A program made the translations under genes and the position numbers. 64,000 bases of DNA from assembly GCA_038087875.1 (NCBI GenBank), contig CM075991.1:10542001-10606000 (forward strand), given 5' to 3'. The notes beneath the pieces were generated by a model. It was not told the origin of the DNA, ran no database searches, and saw nothing but the letters and a program-made list of their open reading frames with translations. Of this stretch, positions 49,878 through 63,385 are shown piece by piece. The number at the start of each line of letters is the position of its first letter. Positions within the stretch are counted from its first letter, which is position 1. This DNA is from Malacoraja senta (lineage: Eukaryota).

Positions 49878-50499
49878 TAAGGCAGTAGCTCTACCTCTTT
49901 GCCACCGGTAGAGTTGCTGCCTCACAGCGCCAGGAACCCGGGGTTCCATCCTGACTACGGGTGCTGTCTGTACGGAGTTTGTACGTTCTCCCTGTGACCG
50001 CGTGGGTTTTCTCCGGGCGCTCTGGTTCCCTCCCACATTCCAAAGACGTACAGGCTTGGAGGTCAATTAGCTTCGGTATAATGGTAACATTCTCCCTAGT
50101 GTGTAGGATAGGTATAGTGAATGGGGGGGGGGGGTCGCTGGTCGCCATGGTCTTGGTGGGCTGAAAGGCCTGTTCCCACGCTGTATAACTATAGTCTAAA
50201 ATCTAAAAAAGTCCCACATTTATTTTGCCAAAAATGATGTCAAAACATTCCACTGGCTGCGTTTAGAAATCTACCGCTCTGGTTTTATGAGTATGAAGTC
50301 ATCATTTATAAGTGTTGCACTGTATTAATATTTTCCAGTTTCTAATGTATTTGTTTGAAACAGTGAGTGGTGCGTGTCACCCAACCTACTAATAATGCTT
50401 AGAAGAGACAAACCGAGGAATTCCAAGTATTTTGCACGTGATTTGCAAGTGCTGTTTGATGGGTTTCCAATGTAGAGTAGATGGGGGAAAATGTGTCAT

Positions 50500-50990
50500 A
50501 AGCCCCTGTCCCACTTAGGCGATTTTGTGGGCGACTAGGCTGCCGCCACGTGGTCGCGGGATATGGTCGTGAGTCGTCTCCTCGAGTCGCCTAAAGAGTC
50601 GTAACGTTTTTCTGGTCGCCCCTGGATTTTGAAACATTCAAAACTTTTTGGCGACCTTGGGCTTGACGTAGCTTGACCTCCTATCGTAGGTGCTGTCGCC
50701 AGGATGACGCAGGTTGACGCCGGGTGCTGACTTCAGTGAATTCCATTGGCGACTACCTACGTCAACCGGCGGCAGGTACCGGTGACTGAATTGTCTTCAG
50801 TTGTCGCCGACAGGGTTGTAGCTTGTGGACATAGGTTGACTTCGGTTGTCGTAGGTGTGGTCGTAGGTGGACGTCCTAATGGACCGCCGGTTGTCGGTAG
50901 CTTGACGTCGACTAGCTGGTAGCTTGTCGTAAACATTGTCGAGGGGGGGGGGTCCATTCGCTGGTTTTTCGTCGACCTGCTACGACTGTG
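50500..50990. mobile_element. Harbinger-like MITE (third family, one TIR seen)
   Basis: Starts AAGCCCCTGTCCCACTT; CpG-rich GTCG/CGAC repeats. Confidence 0.55.
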
Positions 50991-51436
50991 AAAAATTGTC
51001 ACTAGTGTGTGAGGGATAGTGTCAGTGGGCGAGTATCGCTGGTCGGCACGGACTCGGCGGGCCGAAGGGCCTGTTTCCACGCTGTGTTTCTAAACTAAAC
51101 TAAACTGACCCCACTGCAGCTAATTTGATACCCGCAACTCCAGGCCAAATAGAAATCCTATTAAATGAAGGAATGATTCACCTCAGATTCCTGAGCAGAA
51201 GTACAGGAGCAACTAAGCTGGTCAGTCAGGACCTGTGGAGGGAGAAGGTAATCCATTGTTTTAGGTCAGGATCCTTCCTCGGCCTTGAAGAAGGGTTCCG
51301 GTGCAAAATGTCAGCTGCCCATTCCCTCCACAGCCACTGCCTGGCCCGCTAAGTTATTCCGTTCCTTTTGTGTTTTACTGAAGATTTCAGCATCTGCGTT
51401 TTGTTGGGATTCCCAGTAGAATGTTGCACCTTATCC

Positions 51437-52185
<749 letters not shown>

Positions 52186-53491
52186 TAGGTTGATAACTCA
52201 GCATGGCGCGTGGCTCGTGGAGTGGATGGGAACCAAGGTGGGTGGTTAGAGATGAAAGCCATCGCAATCATGGCTGGTCTAATTTTACCTCTCAACCCCA
52301 TTCTCCTGCCTTCTCCCCATAACCTTTGACGCCGTTACTAATCAAGAACCCGTCAATCTCCGCCACGCCGACCACCAATCACCCATCGATCACCCATTGA
52401 TGGGACATGTTGGTCGGCACGGGTAAGTTGGGCCGAAGGGCCTGTTTCCACACTGTATGACTCAATAACTCATTCGTTCTGTGTTCTCTCACTGTCGAAT
52501 CCGCTCCTGACACATTCGGGGCAATTTATAGACCAGTTAAGCAACGTCCTTGGGATGTGGGAGGAGACCGGAAGCCCCACACCGTCACAGGGAGAACATG
52601 CAAACTCCACACAGACAGCACCCGAGGTCAGGTTCGAGCCAGGGTCTCTGGTGCTGTGAGGTGACAGCTCTACCAGCTGCCTGAACGTGCCACCCAATAA
52701 TAAATGGAATAACAAACAAAGAAAAGGCCATCTTTTAAATGATCAGCCAGTTATTACAAGCTCACAAACAATTTTTCACGTCTGTTTTCTCGCGACGGCA
52801 CTTTATTTTTCCTGAGCCACGCTTCCTCTGTGCATTCCATCCTGAGTTCGAGTTTGTATCCAAATCTGAACTTTTCCCTGGTCTAAACTCCTGCAATTTC
52901 AGCGACAGGCATTCCGGGTTAAACAAGTTTAATTGGAACAGTGGAATCCAAATCAAAGCCAGATTTGGAGTGCAAGTGAAACTCTGGGAAAACGGAATCA
53001 CAAGGGAGGACTTCAAAGAGCTGGGGCTTTATTCCAGATGAGGGTAAAAGCACTTACAGTTGAGCCTGGTTTTGTGGGTGGGGGTGGGGGGGGGGGGGGC
53101 CTTCATACGCTCCCGCCACTTAGCAACCACAACCCTGTTGCGACATCACTCGGTTTCCCCTCCCGGGGTGATCTGAGAACTCAACAGAGAGCGGGCGTGA
53201 AAATAACTACTTTCACATGGGCCACTCGTTCACATCTTGTTCTGCTCTGGAAAGCCCGGAGCTTCTCACGTGAGCAAGCTTCAACAAATGCCCCAGGTCT
53301 GCCCTCCTGTTGCCCCACTTCCAAAGCTTTCGCATTCTGACTTCCTTCGGCAAACGTGTCACAGAAGGCTGTGGAGGCCAAGTCAATGGAATCTATAAAA
53401 AAAATCTCCTTGATTAGTTCGGGGGTCAGGGGTTATGGGGAGAAGGCAGGAGAATGGGGTTGAGAGGGAAAGATGGATCAGCCATGATTGA

Positions 53492-53728
53492 AACATAGAA
53501 ACATAGAAAATGGGTGCAGGAGTAGGCCATTCGGCCCTTCGAGCATTCAATATGATCATGGCTGATCATCCAACTCAGTATCCCATCCCTGCCTTCTCTC
53601 CATACCCCCTGATCCCTTTAGCCACAAGGGCCACATCTAACTCCCTCTTAAATATAGCCAATGAACTGGCCTCAACTACCCTCTGTGGCAGAGAGTTCCA
53701 GAGATTCACCACTCTCTGTGTGAAAAAT
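53492..53728 (-). mobile_element. CR1/HER1-type LINE 3' end
   Basis: FFTQRVVNLWNSLPQRVVEA on minus strand plus tail. Confidence 0.82.
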
Positions 53729-54589
53729 GAATGGCAGAGTAGACTTGATGGGCCGAATGGCCTAATTCTACTCCTGCAATTTATGAACATGAGATTTCAA
53801 AGGGTGTTGGGTATATGGAGCTTGCTGCCAGAGGGGGTAGTGGACGCAAGTATTATAACAACATTTAAAAGACACTTGGACAGGTTCGTGGATTAGTGGG
53901 ATGTAGAGGTTTAGTGGGATGTGGGCTAAACGCAGGCAAGTGGTAGTGGCTTGGATGGGGCATCTTGGTCAACGTGGGAAAGTTGGGCTCAAGTGTCTGT
54001 TTCTGTGCTCCAGGTCTCTATGATTCGAATTGTTTCTCGGGGAACAGCACAGAATCGCTCTTAGACCGTGACGTCAGATGGGATTTTGCCTCTTCTCAGT
54101 TCTACATTTATTTGGAAACGATTCTTAATTTCTATCCACATGCGACTAACCTTTAGCGCCACGAGGAAGTGTGGATTCTGGAATCGTCAGCAAAACACAA
54201 AGTGCTGGAGTAACTCTACAGCTCAGGCAGCAGCTGTGGGGGGGGGGTGGACAGGCAATATTCCAGAGTTAGGATCCTTCCTCACACTCAGTCGACACAT
54301 CTGAAACCTTGCCCATCCATTTCCTGCACAGTTGCTATCTGACCCAATGTGTTGCTCCTGCACTTTGTGTTTTAGAACCATAGAAAGATAGAAAATAGGT
54401 GCAGGAGGAGGCCATTCGTCCCTTCGAGCCAGCACCGCCATTCATTACGATCATGGCTGATCGTCCCCTATCAATAACACGTGCCTGCCTTCTCCCCATA
54501 TCCCTTGACTCCACTAGCCCCTAGAGCTCTATCTAACTCTCCTATCTAACTTTGACTATCTTTGGGTAATCCCAACCTTATCATCGGGG

Positions 54590-54878
54590 TGGCAGGGTGG
54601 CGCAGCGGTGGAGTTGCTGCCATCGCAGCGCTGGAGATCCGGGTTCGATCCTGACTACAGCTCCTGTCTGTACGGAGTTTGTACGTTCTCCCTGTGACTG
54701 CTTGGGTTTTCTCCACAGCGGGTGCTCCGATTTCCTCCCACACTCCAAAGATGTGCGGGTTTGTAGGTTAATTGTCTCCCGTGTGTGGGATAGAACTCGC
54801 ACCAGGGTGAGCGTTGGTCGGCGTGGACTCAGTGGGCCGAAGGGCCTGTTTCCACGCTGTATCTCTAAACTAAACTAA
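54590..54878 (+). mobile_element. V-SINE (HE1-like)
   Basis: A box, B box GGTTCGATCC, V-domain, tail. Confidence 0.82.
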
Positions 54879-55099
54879 TCCTATCCAAGTTCTCCAGGGA
54901 TGCTGCCGAACCCGCTGAGTTACTCCAGCACTTTGTGTCTTTCCTTGGCATAAACCGGCAGCTGCAGTTCCATTTTGTTACATTTCCTGTAACATGCTTT
55001 ATCTTCGAGAACGGCTGACATGAAACGCAAGGGGGAAATAAATCCTAGTGTTGCTTACAGATCGTTGGATGGAAAGTTCTCTTTAAATGGCCACGCTTA

Positions 55100-55407
55100 A
55101 GGGCCTGTCCCACTGTACGAGGTAATTTAAGAGTTCTCCCGAGTTTCCCCTGATTCGAACTCGGAGAATTACGGTAATAGCCGCTCGTGGGTACTCGGGG
55201 CTCTCGTGGACATTTTTCAACATGTTGAAAAATCTTCACGAGCTTACCGCGTTTCCCGAGTACCTGCCGTTAGCGTTACGAGCCGCTAAGAGACGTCCCC
55301 GAGCTCCGACGTACCCGCTACGTACATTCTACATGCTTACCACGAGTTTGATTTTTTTTTAAACTCGGGAGAACTCTTGAATTACCTCGTACAGTGGGAC
55401 AGCCCCT
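55100..55407. mobile_element. Harbinger-like MITE
   Basis: TIRs AGGGCCTGTCCCACTGTACGAGGTAATT. Confidence 0.78.
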
Positions 55408-55845
55408 TAAGCCTTACATTGAGAAAGCACAGCGCAAGGTTGACAAGGAATGGCAGTGATTGTGTAAAATAACCTGTTCAATCAGGGACATTCTGCTTGC
55501 GCGAGAAAGTATTAAATTCAGGCTGTGTGTTTTGTACCGCACCTTCAGTTGCGATGTTTATCAGGAAATAGCTCGGAGTAGTGTTGCTTTCTTTGTCATG
55601 TTGACATGCGAGAGAGGAAAATTACACTCGAGCTGTCAGGCTGTCACAGATGCTGTGGGCAATCGATGGATAAGTGAAATACATTTAATTCAACTAAGTT
55701 ATGCTCAGGGGCATCAACAGCAGGTGGAGCGTACCAACTCCGTTACAGACAACACCTGCAGTCAGGATTGAACCCGGGTCTCTGGCGCTGTGAGGCAGCA
55801 ACTCTACCGCTGCGCCACCACTTTAAAAAGGGTCCCCACCTGAAA

Positions 55846-56190
55846 CAAACATAGAAACATAGAAAACAGGTGCAGGAGGAGGCCATTCGGCCCTTCGAGC
55901 CAGCACCGCCTTTCATTGTAATCATGGCTGATCGTCCCAAATCAATAACCTGTGCCTGCCTTCTCCCCATATCCCTTGATTCCACTAGCCCCTAGAGCTC
56001 TATCTAACCCTCTCGTAAATCCATCCAGTGATTTGGCCTCCACTGCCCTCTGCGGCAGGGAATTCCACAAATTCACAACTCTGGGTGAAAACGTTTTTTC
56101 TCACCTCAGTCTTAAATGACCTCCCCTTTATTCTAAGACTGTGGCCCCTGGTTCTGGACTCACCCAACATTGGGAACATTTTTCCTGTAT
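55846..56190 (-). mobile_element. CR1/HER1-type LINE 3' fragment
   Basis: Reverse complement of CR1 3' end with (CATAGAAA)n on + strand. Confidence 0.8.
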
Positions 56191-57176
56191 CTACCCATTC
56201 CTTCTCTCCAGAGATGCTGCCTGTCCCGCTGAGTTACTCCAGCATTTTGTGTCGATCTTCCCATCTACTCGTATCCAGACAAGAGATCGGGGTGATTATA
56301 GATAATTTTCAATTTAAGATAATCCTGGTTTAATATGAGTTCGAAAATTTAAAAAGAAAATAAATGCATTTTCTTAAATCTGATTGTTGTATTACTCACA
56401 ATCTATTACTCACTAATTTAGCAGCCAATTTCTGCCAAAGTTAGACACAAAAACCTGGAGTAACTCAGCGGGACAGGCAGCATCTCTGGAGAGAAGGAAT
56501 GGGTGACGTTTTGGGTCGAGACAGCTTTTTGTGTCAATGCATAGGTGATGTTCAGAGGAAGGGTCTCAACCCGAAACGCCACCTGCCCATGTTCTCCTGG
56601 GAAGCTGCCTGACCCGCTGAGTTATTTGTGTCATCCCTTGCAGGTCAAAGGTTAAGTGCGCAGGAAGGATCAACACGGGGAGCCCCCGCAAGCTCGCTGT
56701 CAGATAGCGTGTGGGGGCGGGTTGCCAATTTCAACATGTCGTCAACTGATTAAGATAAATTTTGGCAGAGGGTGAACTTTGATACAGTTGGCTCGTGTTT
56801 CTCGAGCTTCCCTCGAGAGCGAAGGTGGGTCTTGAACCCTGGACCTTCTGGTCGACTGGTGCCACCGACTGGTCCCACAATCGCTAGTCCACTCCCCTAC
56901 ACCTGTCTGTACAGTGTTCGTCACTGCTCCAGTCTGCCTGTGCTGGCTGTAGCTGTAGTTGTAGCTGGCTCTGGCAGCGTGTAGCACACCAACCCACACT
57001 CCTGGTGAACCAACTGTTCGCTGTTATTCCCAAGAGTCAAGAATGTTTTATTGTCACATGTCCCAGATAGAACAATGGAATTCTTACCTGCAGCAGCACA
57101 GCAGAATATGTAAACACAGTACACTGTAAACTATATAATAAACAAAAGCTCAGTGAGTGTGTGTGTGTGTGTATAT

Positions 57177-57605
57177 GGGCCATTCTTTGGAAAGTGAACC
57201 AACCGTGTCACACACGTGACCAGACGGCATCACATACATTAAAACATTCTTGTAAGAGATTAATCTTATTCATTACTATATTCCTACCGACAGAGCTATA
57301 ACGCATGCCTGCTAAAGATATGAACGCTCTAGCTTTTTAAAATCCATAAGCGTTTGTTGGACAAAACATGAGTTCTGAAAAAAAAAAACGCTGTGTGGTG
57401 TGTGAGGTCACACACGTGACCAGTCGCCTTGGGCCTCTGACCCTAAACAAACATTGTCGGCATGTCATGAATATTTCACTCGATAAACTTCGAAATAAAT
57501 ATGAATCACAGACACACAAGTACAAAACAATGTGCCTGTTATGCTTTCAGAATCAGAAGAGATATATTCCACAATCATGGTCACACACGTGACTAGGAAC
57601 GGGCC
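57177..57605. mobile_element. Candidate non-autonomous DNA transposon with 4-bp ATAT TSD
   Basis: Ends GGGCCATTCTT / rc GGCCCGTTCCT; ATAT on both flanks; three GTCACACACGTGAC motifs. Confidence 0.45.
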
Positions 57606-59394
57606 ATATGCAAATACCCACAAATACACATATATATATATATATATATATATATCGATCATATATACATATATGCATATACTGTATATACACGCACTCA
57701 GACGTACACACAAAAAACAAACAATAATAGTGCAATAATAACTGACTAATGAAAGCACGGAGTTTCAGAAACTGATATTAAAGCTGCTCAGGTACTTTGT
57801 GCAGAGAGGCGCCGTGTTAGAGTTGTCGCCTTACAGCGCCAGAGACCCGGGTTCGATCCCGATGACGGCCGATCTCCGCATAGAGTTTGTACGTTCTCCC
57901 GGTGACCGCGTGGGTTTTTCTCCGGATGCTCCGATTTCAATAGACAATAGACCATTTGGCCCTTCTAGCCAGCACCGCCATTCAATGTGACCATGGCTGA
58001 TCCTCCCACGTTCCAAAGCCGTGCGGGTTAATTTGCTACTGTATATTGTCCCGAGTGCGTGGGATAGAACTAGTGTATAGGGGAACGCTGGTCGGCGTGG
58101 GCCGGAGGGCCTGTTTCCACGCTGTATCTCTAAAGTAAAGCACTGGTGGGGTCAAACCGCACTTTGGTTCCCTTATATAAGAAAGAAGGGGCCTGTTTCC
58201 ACGCTGTATCTCTTCACTTTAAAAAAAAAAAAAAATTTAAATTTTATTAGAAGTAAGTACAATTGTATACAATCATATTTTCATAATACCTTTCATGTAC
58301 AGCTTCTTATTTTTTAAATTTTTTGAAATAAAGAAGAAAAAGAAAAAAGTTAGATAATGAAAAATAGAAAAATGTGAGATATATAGTGTGTGAAAAAGAA
58401 AAATAAAGAATGAAATATGAAAGTAAACTAAACTAATCAGGGTTTAACTCCATTCATGGTGAACAGGTCTGTTGTTGACCCCGTTTGTCAAGAGCTACGA
58501 TTACAGTCTTTCTGCCCGAGCTTCTCAGGATAACATTTATTCCAGCCCTTTTATAATGCGTTACTGCTGGTGCAATGTCAGAGATTTTGCCCTTTTTAGA
58601 AAATAAATTGTATGTTCATAAGTCATAGGAGCAGAATTAGGCCATTAGCTCCATCAAGTCAACTCCGAAGGTACACAAAAATGCTGGAGAAACTCAGCGG
58701 GTGCAGCAGCATCTATGGAGCGAAGGAAATAGGCAACGTTTCGGGCCGAAACCCTTCTTCAGACTGATAGGGGGACTGATAGGACTGATCGGAGTGTCGA
58801 AGTCAACTCCGACACTCAATCATGGCTGGTCTATCTTTCACACTTAACCCCGTTCCCCTGCCTTCTCCCCATAACCCCTGACACCCGTACTAATCAAGAA
58901 TCTATCTATCTCCACTTTTAAAATACCCAATGACTTGGGCTCCACAGCAGATTTGCAGCTGTTGGGGCTTTAACGCACTGTACTGCAGTGGAAACCTGTC
59001 TCTTTGAAACACCCTGGTGCCTGTTTCATGGCAAGCACAAAAACCTGGAGTAACTCAGCGGGGCAGGCAGCATCTCTGCAGAAATGGAATAGGTGACCCT
59101 TCTTCAGAACCGAAACGTCACCTATTCCATCTCTACAGAGATGCTGCATGACCCGCTGAGTTACTCCAGCTTTTTGTGTTTGTCTTTGCTTTAAACCAGC
59201 ATCTGCAGTTCCTTCCTAAACATCACAATAAAGGCTTGCGTAGAATGCTGATTTGCCGGCTGTCCTTTATGCAACACTACCAGAGCGCTGAAAGATGTAA
59301 CAACGCATCTGATCGCATGCATCAGTCTACCTGCCGCTTCACTCGCTGGCCGACACAACTCGGCTTTCCAGACAACAATATTTGCCTCCTCATG

Positions 59395-59518
59395 CACATA
59401 TACACACACACTCACACACACACTCACACACACATGTGCAAACACACACATACACACACACACACACACACACATACACACACACACTCACACACACACT
59501 CACACACATGTGCAAACA

Positions 59519-59550
<32 letters not shown>

Positions 59551-59876
59551 TACACACACACACTCACACACACACTCACACACACATGTGCAAACACACA
59601 CACACATACACACACACTCACACACACATGTGCAAACACACACACACACACAGACGCAAAAACACGCACACACAAGCACACGCAAAATCTCACAGACAAA
59701 CACACCCACACAGATACTGACACACACAGACACACACACACACACAAAAACACGCACACACAAAATCTCACAGACAAACACACCCACACAGATACTGACA
59801 CACACAGACACACACACACACACACACACAATCTCACAGACACAGACAAACACACCCACACTGACATATACAGACA

Positions 59877-59935
<59 letters not shown>

Positions 59936-59958
59936 TCACTCACTCACTCACTCTCTCT
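59395..59958. repeat. Compound (CA)n microsatellite/minisatellite
   Basis: CA runs with higher-order units such as CACATGTGCAAACACAC. Confidence 0.95.
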
Positions 59959-60033
59959 CGAAAGATGTACAGGTTTGTAGGTTAATTGGCTTGGTATAAA
60001 TGTAAAAATTGTCCCCTGGTGCAAGATAGTGTT

Positions 60034-60150
60034 CTCTTCTTCTTCTTGCCTAAAGTTGCAGGACAGTTTGTTCTATTTTATTGTGCCGGCCGGGTTGATT
60101 GCATTGGTCGAAACAGGGCGGCCCACGCGAAGGTTGCAATCTCCCACCCC
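60034..60150 (-). mobile_element. 117-bp retroposon (family B) headed by a minimal HDV-like ribozyme, inserted in a V-SINE
   Basis: TSD AAGATAGTGTT (60023-60033) / AGGATAGTGTT (60151-60161); (GAA)n tail on minus strand. Confidence 0.78.
60097..60150 (-). ncRNA. Minimal (P4-less) HDV-like ribozyme fold, 54 nt
   Basis: P1 GGGGUGG/CCGCCCU (G1.U), P2 GAUUGCA/UGCAAUC, P3 ACC/GGG (one mismatch), L3 UUCGCGU, then GU-UUCGA-CCAA. Confidence 0.75.
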
Positions 60151-61013
60151 AGGATAGTGTTAGTGTGCGGGGATCGCTGGTCGGTGCGGACGGTGGGCCG
60201 AAGGGCCTGTTCCCGCACCGTACCTCTAAACTAAAAAAACAAACACACACACACGTCTACTGGAAGAAAATAGACGACACCTGGCAGAGTGTGGCAGTGA
60301 AGCACTTTTGCTTTGTATCAACGGGGACTGGAGAACGTCAAAGCCGAGCAAAGCCTTCCACTGCCGCGTATCTGCCATTTAATTTATTGGCGGCGTGTCT
60401 GCAGGCCTCTGTGTTTGTTGACATGAGGTGAGCTCAGCAGCGTGGACTGTATTGGTGCAGTCACCCGCGATTATGCAGCGGGGCATGGGAACTTGCTTCG
60501 AGGTGTCTCGAAGCACGAACCATTGCTCAGACTAAAGCCAGCTCCCCATCTCCCTGCATTGCAAAGTCCCGGAGCACTCTAATACTCAAGAGAGAGTTAG
60601 ATTTGGATTTAGCTCTTCGGGCTAAAGGAATCAAGGGATATGGGGAAAAAGCAGGAACAGGGTACTGATTTTGGATGATCAGCCATGACCATATTGAATG
60701 GTGGTGCTGTCTCGAAGGGCCGAGTGGCCTACTCCTGCACCTATTTTCTACGTCTTTAAGAAGGAACTGCAGATGCTGGAAGGTAGACAAAAGTGTTGTA
60801 GAAACTCAGCGGGTGCAGCAGCATCTATGGAGCGAAGGAAATAGGCAACGTTTCGGCCCGAAACGTTGCCTATTTCCTTCGCTCCATAGATGCTGCTGCA
60901 CCCGCTGAGTTTCTCCAGCACTTTTGTCTACCTATTTTCTACGTCTACAGGTTCAGACAGGAGGGGCAAAAGGATCACCGCTGCCTCTTTGCAAGGCACC
61001 TGTGTGGTCTTTA

Positions 61014-61358
61014 ATGGCCTGTCCCACTTACGCGATTTTTTTGGCGAATGCCGGCACCCGTCATTAGTCGCAGCAGGTGGCCGAAAATATTCAACATGTT
61101 GAAAACCCAGCGGCGACCAGAAAAAGGTACGACTCTTCGGGCGACTACTCACGACCAGACAGGCGTCACCACGACCATACAGGCGACATTTGTCGCGGGG
61201 TGACGCCTGTATGGTCGTGAGTAGTCGCCCAAAGAGTCGTATCTTTTTCTGGTCGGCGCTGGATTTTCAACATGTTGGAAATTTTCGGAGACCTGCTGCG
61301 GCGGCTATGACGGGTGCTGGCAAGTCGCCGAAAAAATCGCGTATGTGGGACAGGCCCT
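61014..61358. mobile_element. Harbinger-like MITE (fourth family)
   Basis: Near-palindromic; TIRs GGCCTGTCCCAC(T/A)TACGCGATTTTTT; partial copy at about 24758-24915. Confidence 0.72.
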
Positions 61359-62322
61359 TTAGTATGAAAACACCTTCTGAGAACTTCGGGAAAGTTGCTG
61401 GCATTGAACAGGAAAAAAAACTTTACAAAGATCCTATTAACTCTTTCCAAGCGCTGAGGAGTTTGGATAGAGAGGCTACTAGTGCGAGTTTTGTATTTTA
61501 TACATTTGCTTGTCCAGCATTTAAGCTACTGTAGCCGCGAGCAGCCTAGTCCCTCTGCTGATGGTCATGTCAAACTGAGCAACAATTATTATATTTACTT
61601 AGAAATTCAAATGCAGAAGTTCAAAGCCCCTGGTAGTTTTCATCTTGTGCCTGAATGGTTAGCCAGGCTGGTGCGGCAAGAGGAGGGGAAAGACAAGGGG
61701 CAATCTGGCTTTTATTCAAAGATGCTTGGAGCTTAGAAATAGTGAAGTATTATCACAAGGTCGACACAAAAAAACTGGAGTAAACCAGCGGGACAGGCAG
61801 CATCTCTGGAGAGAAGAAATGGGTGACGCTTCGGGTCGGGACCCTTCTTCAGACTCAAGTGTTATTACAAATGTACAGAGTATTGAGGGGCGGCACGGTG
61901 ACGCAGCGGTAGAGTTGCTGCCTTACAGTGCAGGAGACCCGGGTTCGATCCCGACTGCGGGCTCTGTCTGAAACATTCTCCCTGAAACTCTACCAATGTG
62001 ACGCCCAGGGTAAGAGCAGATTGGATAAAAACGTGTGTGCCTGGCGCATGGAATATAGAACAGGCCCTTCGGCCCACAATGTCCGTGCCGAACATGATGC
62101 CATAATAAGCTAATCTCCTCCATATGCCTCCATTCTCTGCATATCCATGTGCCTATCTAAAAGCCTCTTAAATGCCCCTATCATATCTGCCTCCACCACC
62201 ACCCCTGGCAGCGTGTTCCAGGCACCCACCATCCTCTCTGTAAAAGACAATTGCCCTGCACATACCCTCTCACCTCTATCCTACATTGTGGATAATAAAG
62301 AATGGCAACTCCTTATTATTAT

Positions 62323-62652
62323 GGGCGGTCACGGTGGTGCAGCGGTAGAGTTGCTGCCTTACAGCGAATGCAGCACCGGAGATCCCGGTTCGATCCCGAC
62401 TAATAATGCTGTCTGTGCGGAGTTTGCACGTTCTCCCTGTGACCACTTGGGTTCCCTCCGAGATCTTCGGTTTTCCTCCCACACACCAAAGACGTACAGG
62501 TATGTAGGTTGATTGGCTTGGTGTATGTGTAAATAATTGTCCCCAGTGCGTGTAGGATAGTGTTACTTTGTGGGGATCGCTGGTCGGTGCGGGGTCGATG
62601 GGCTGCAGGCCATGTTTCCACGCTGTATCTGTGAACTAAACTAAACTAAACT
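62323..62652 (+). mobile_element. V-SINE (HE1-like)
   Basis: A box, B box GGTTCGATCC, V-domain, (ACTAA)n tail. Confidence 0.82.
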
Positions 62653-62924
62653 CATTCAGTGGAGCGAATGATATCAAACAATTGACAGCACCGGACCCTG
62701 ACCCAGATCATCCTTGGCAACAATTGATGTCCGCTTTAAGTCAGTTAATAACAATAAGTTCCTCGCAAGAAAACGGCCTGGTACTCTGCAATTGGCAAAC
62801 CTGTACAAAAGCAGTGGAGAAATAGAGAGGGCAAGTGCACAGATTCTTTTACCTGCAGCAGGGGAATCGAGAACCAGATGCGCTTTGACCCACTGAGTTT
62901 GTTTGGCGTTGTCCAGAGTAAACC

Positions 62925-63385
62925 ATCGGTGAGACCAAGCGTAGGCTTGGCGATCGCTTCGCCGAACACCTCCGCTCGGACCGCAATAACCAACCTGATC
63001 TCTCGGTGGCTCAGCACTTCAATTCCCCCTCCCATTCCGAATCTGACCTTTCTGTCCTGGGCCTCCTCCATGGCCAGAGTGAGGACCACCGTAAATTGGA
63101 GGAGCAGCACCTCATATTTCGCTTGGGTAGTCTGCACCCCAGCGGTATGAACATTGACTTCTCCAATTTCAGGTAGTCCCTACATTCTCCTCCTCTTCTC
63201 AGCTCTCCCTCAGCCCACTGGCTCCTCCTCTTCCTTTCTTCTCCCCCCCCCACCCTCTGAAGAAGGGTTTCAGCCCGAAATGTTGCCTATCTCCTTCACT
63301 CCATGGATGCTGCATCACTCGCTGAGTTTCTCCAGCATTTTTGTCTACCTTCGATTTTTCCAGCATCTGCAGTTCCTTCTTAAAC
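62925..63385 (+). mobile_element. Penelope-like retroelement 3' fragment
   Basis: 62925-63176 encodes IGETKRRLGDRFAEHLRS...VAQHFNSPSH...RKLEEQHLIFRLGSLHPSGMNIDFSNFR*; degenerate hammerhead-like motif at 63257-63284. Confidence 0.88.

Noticed and set aside
57368..57592. KKKRCVVCE resembling a TET3 CXXC start
   Set aside because: Downstream of the large exon, lacks the CXXC cysteine spacing, and lies in a putative MITE; no CXXC exon was found in the window
59176..59985. His/Thr and Cys/Val repeat ORFs
   Set aside because: Translations of the (CA)n microsatellite
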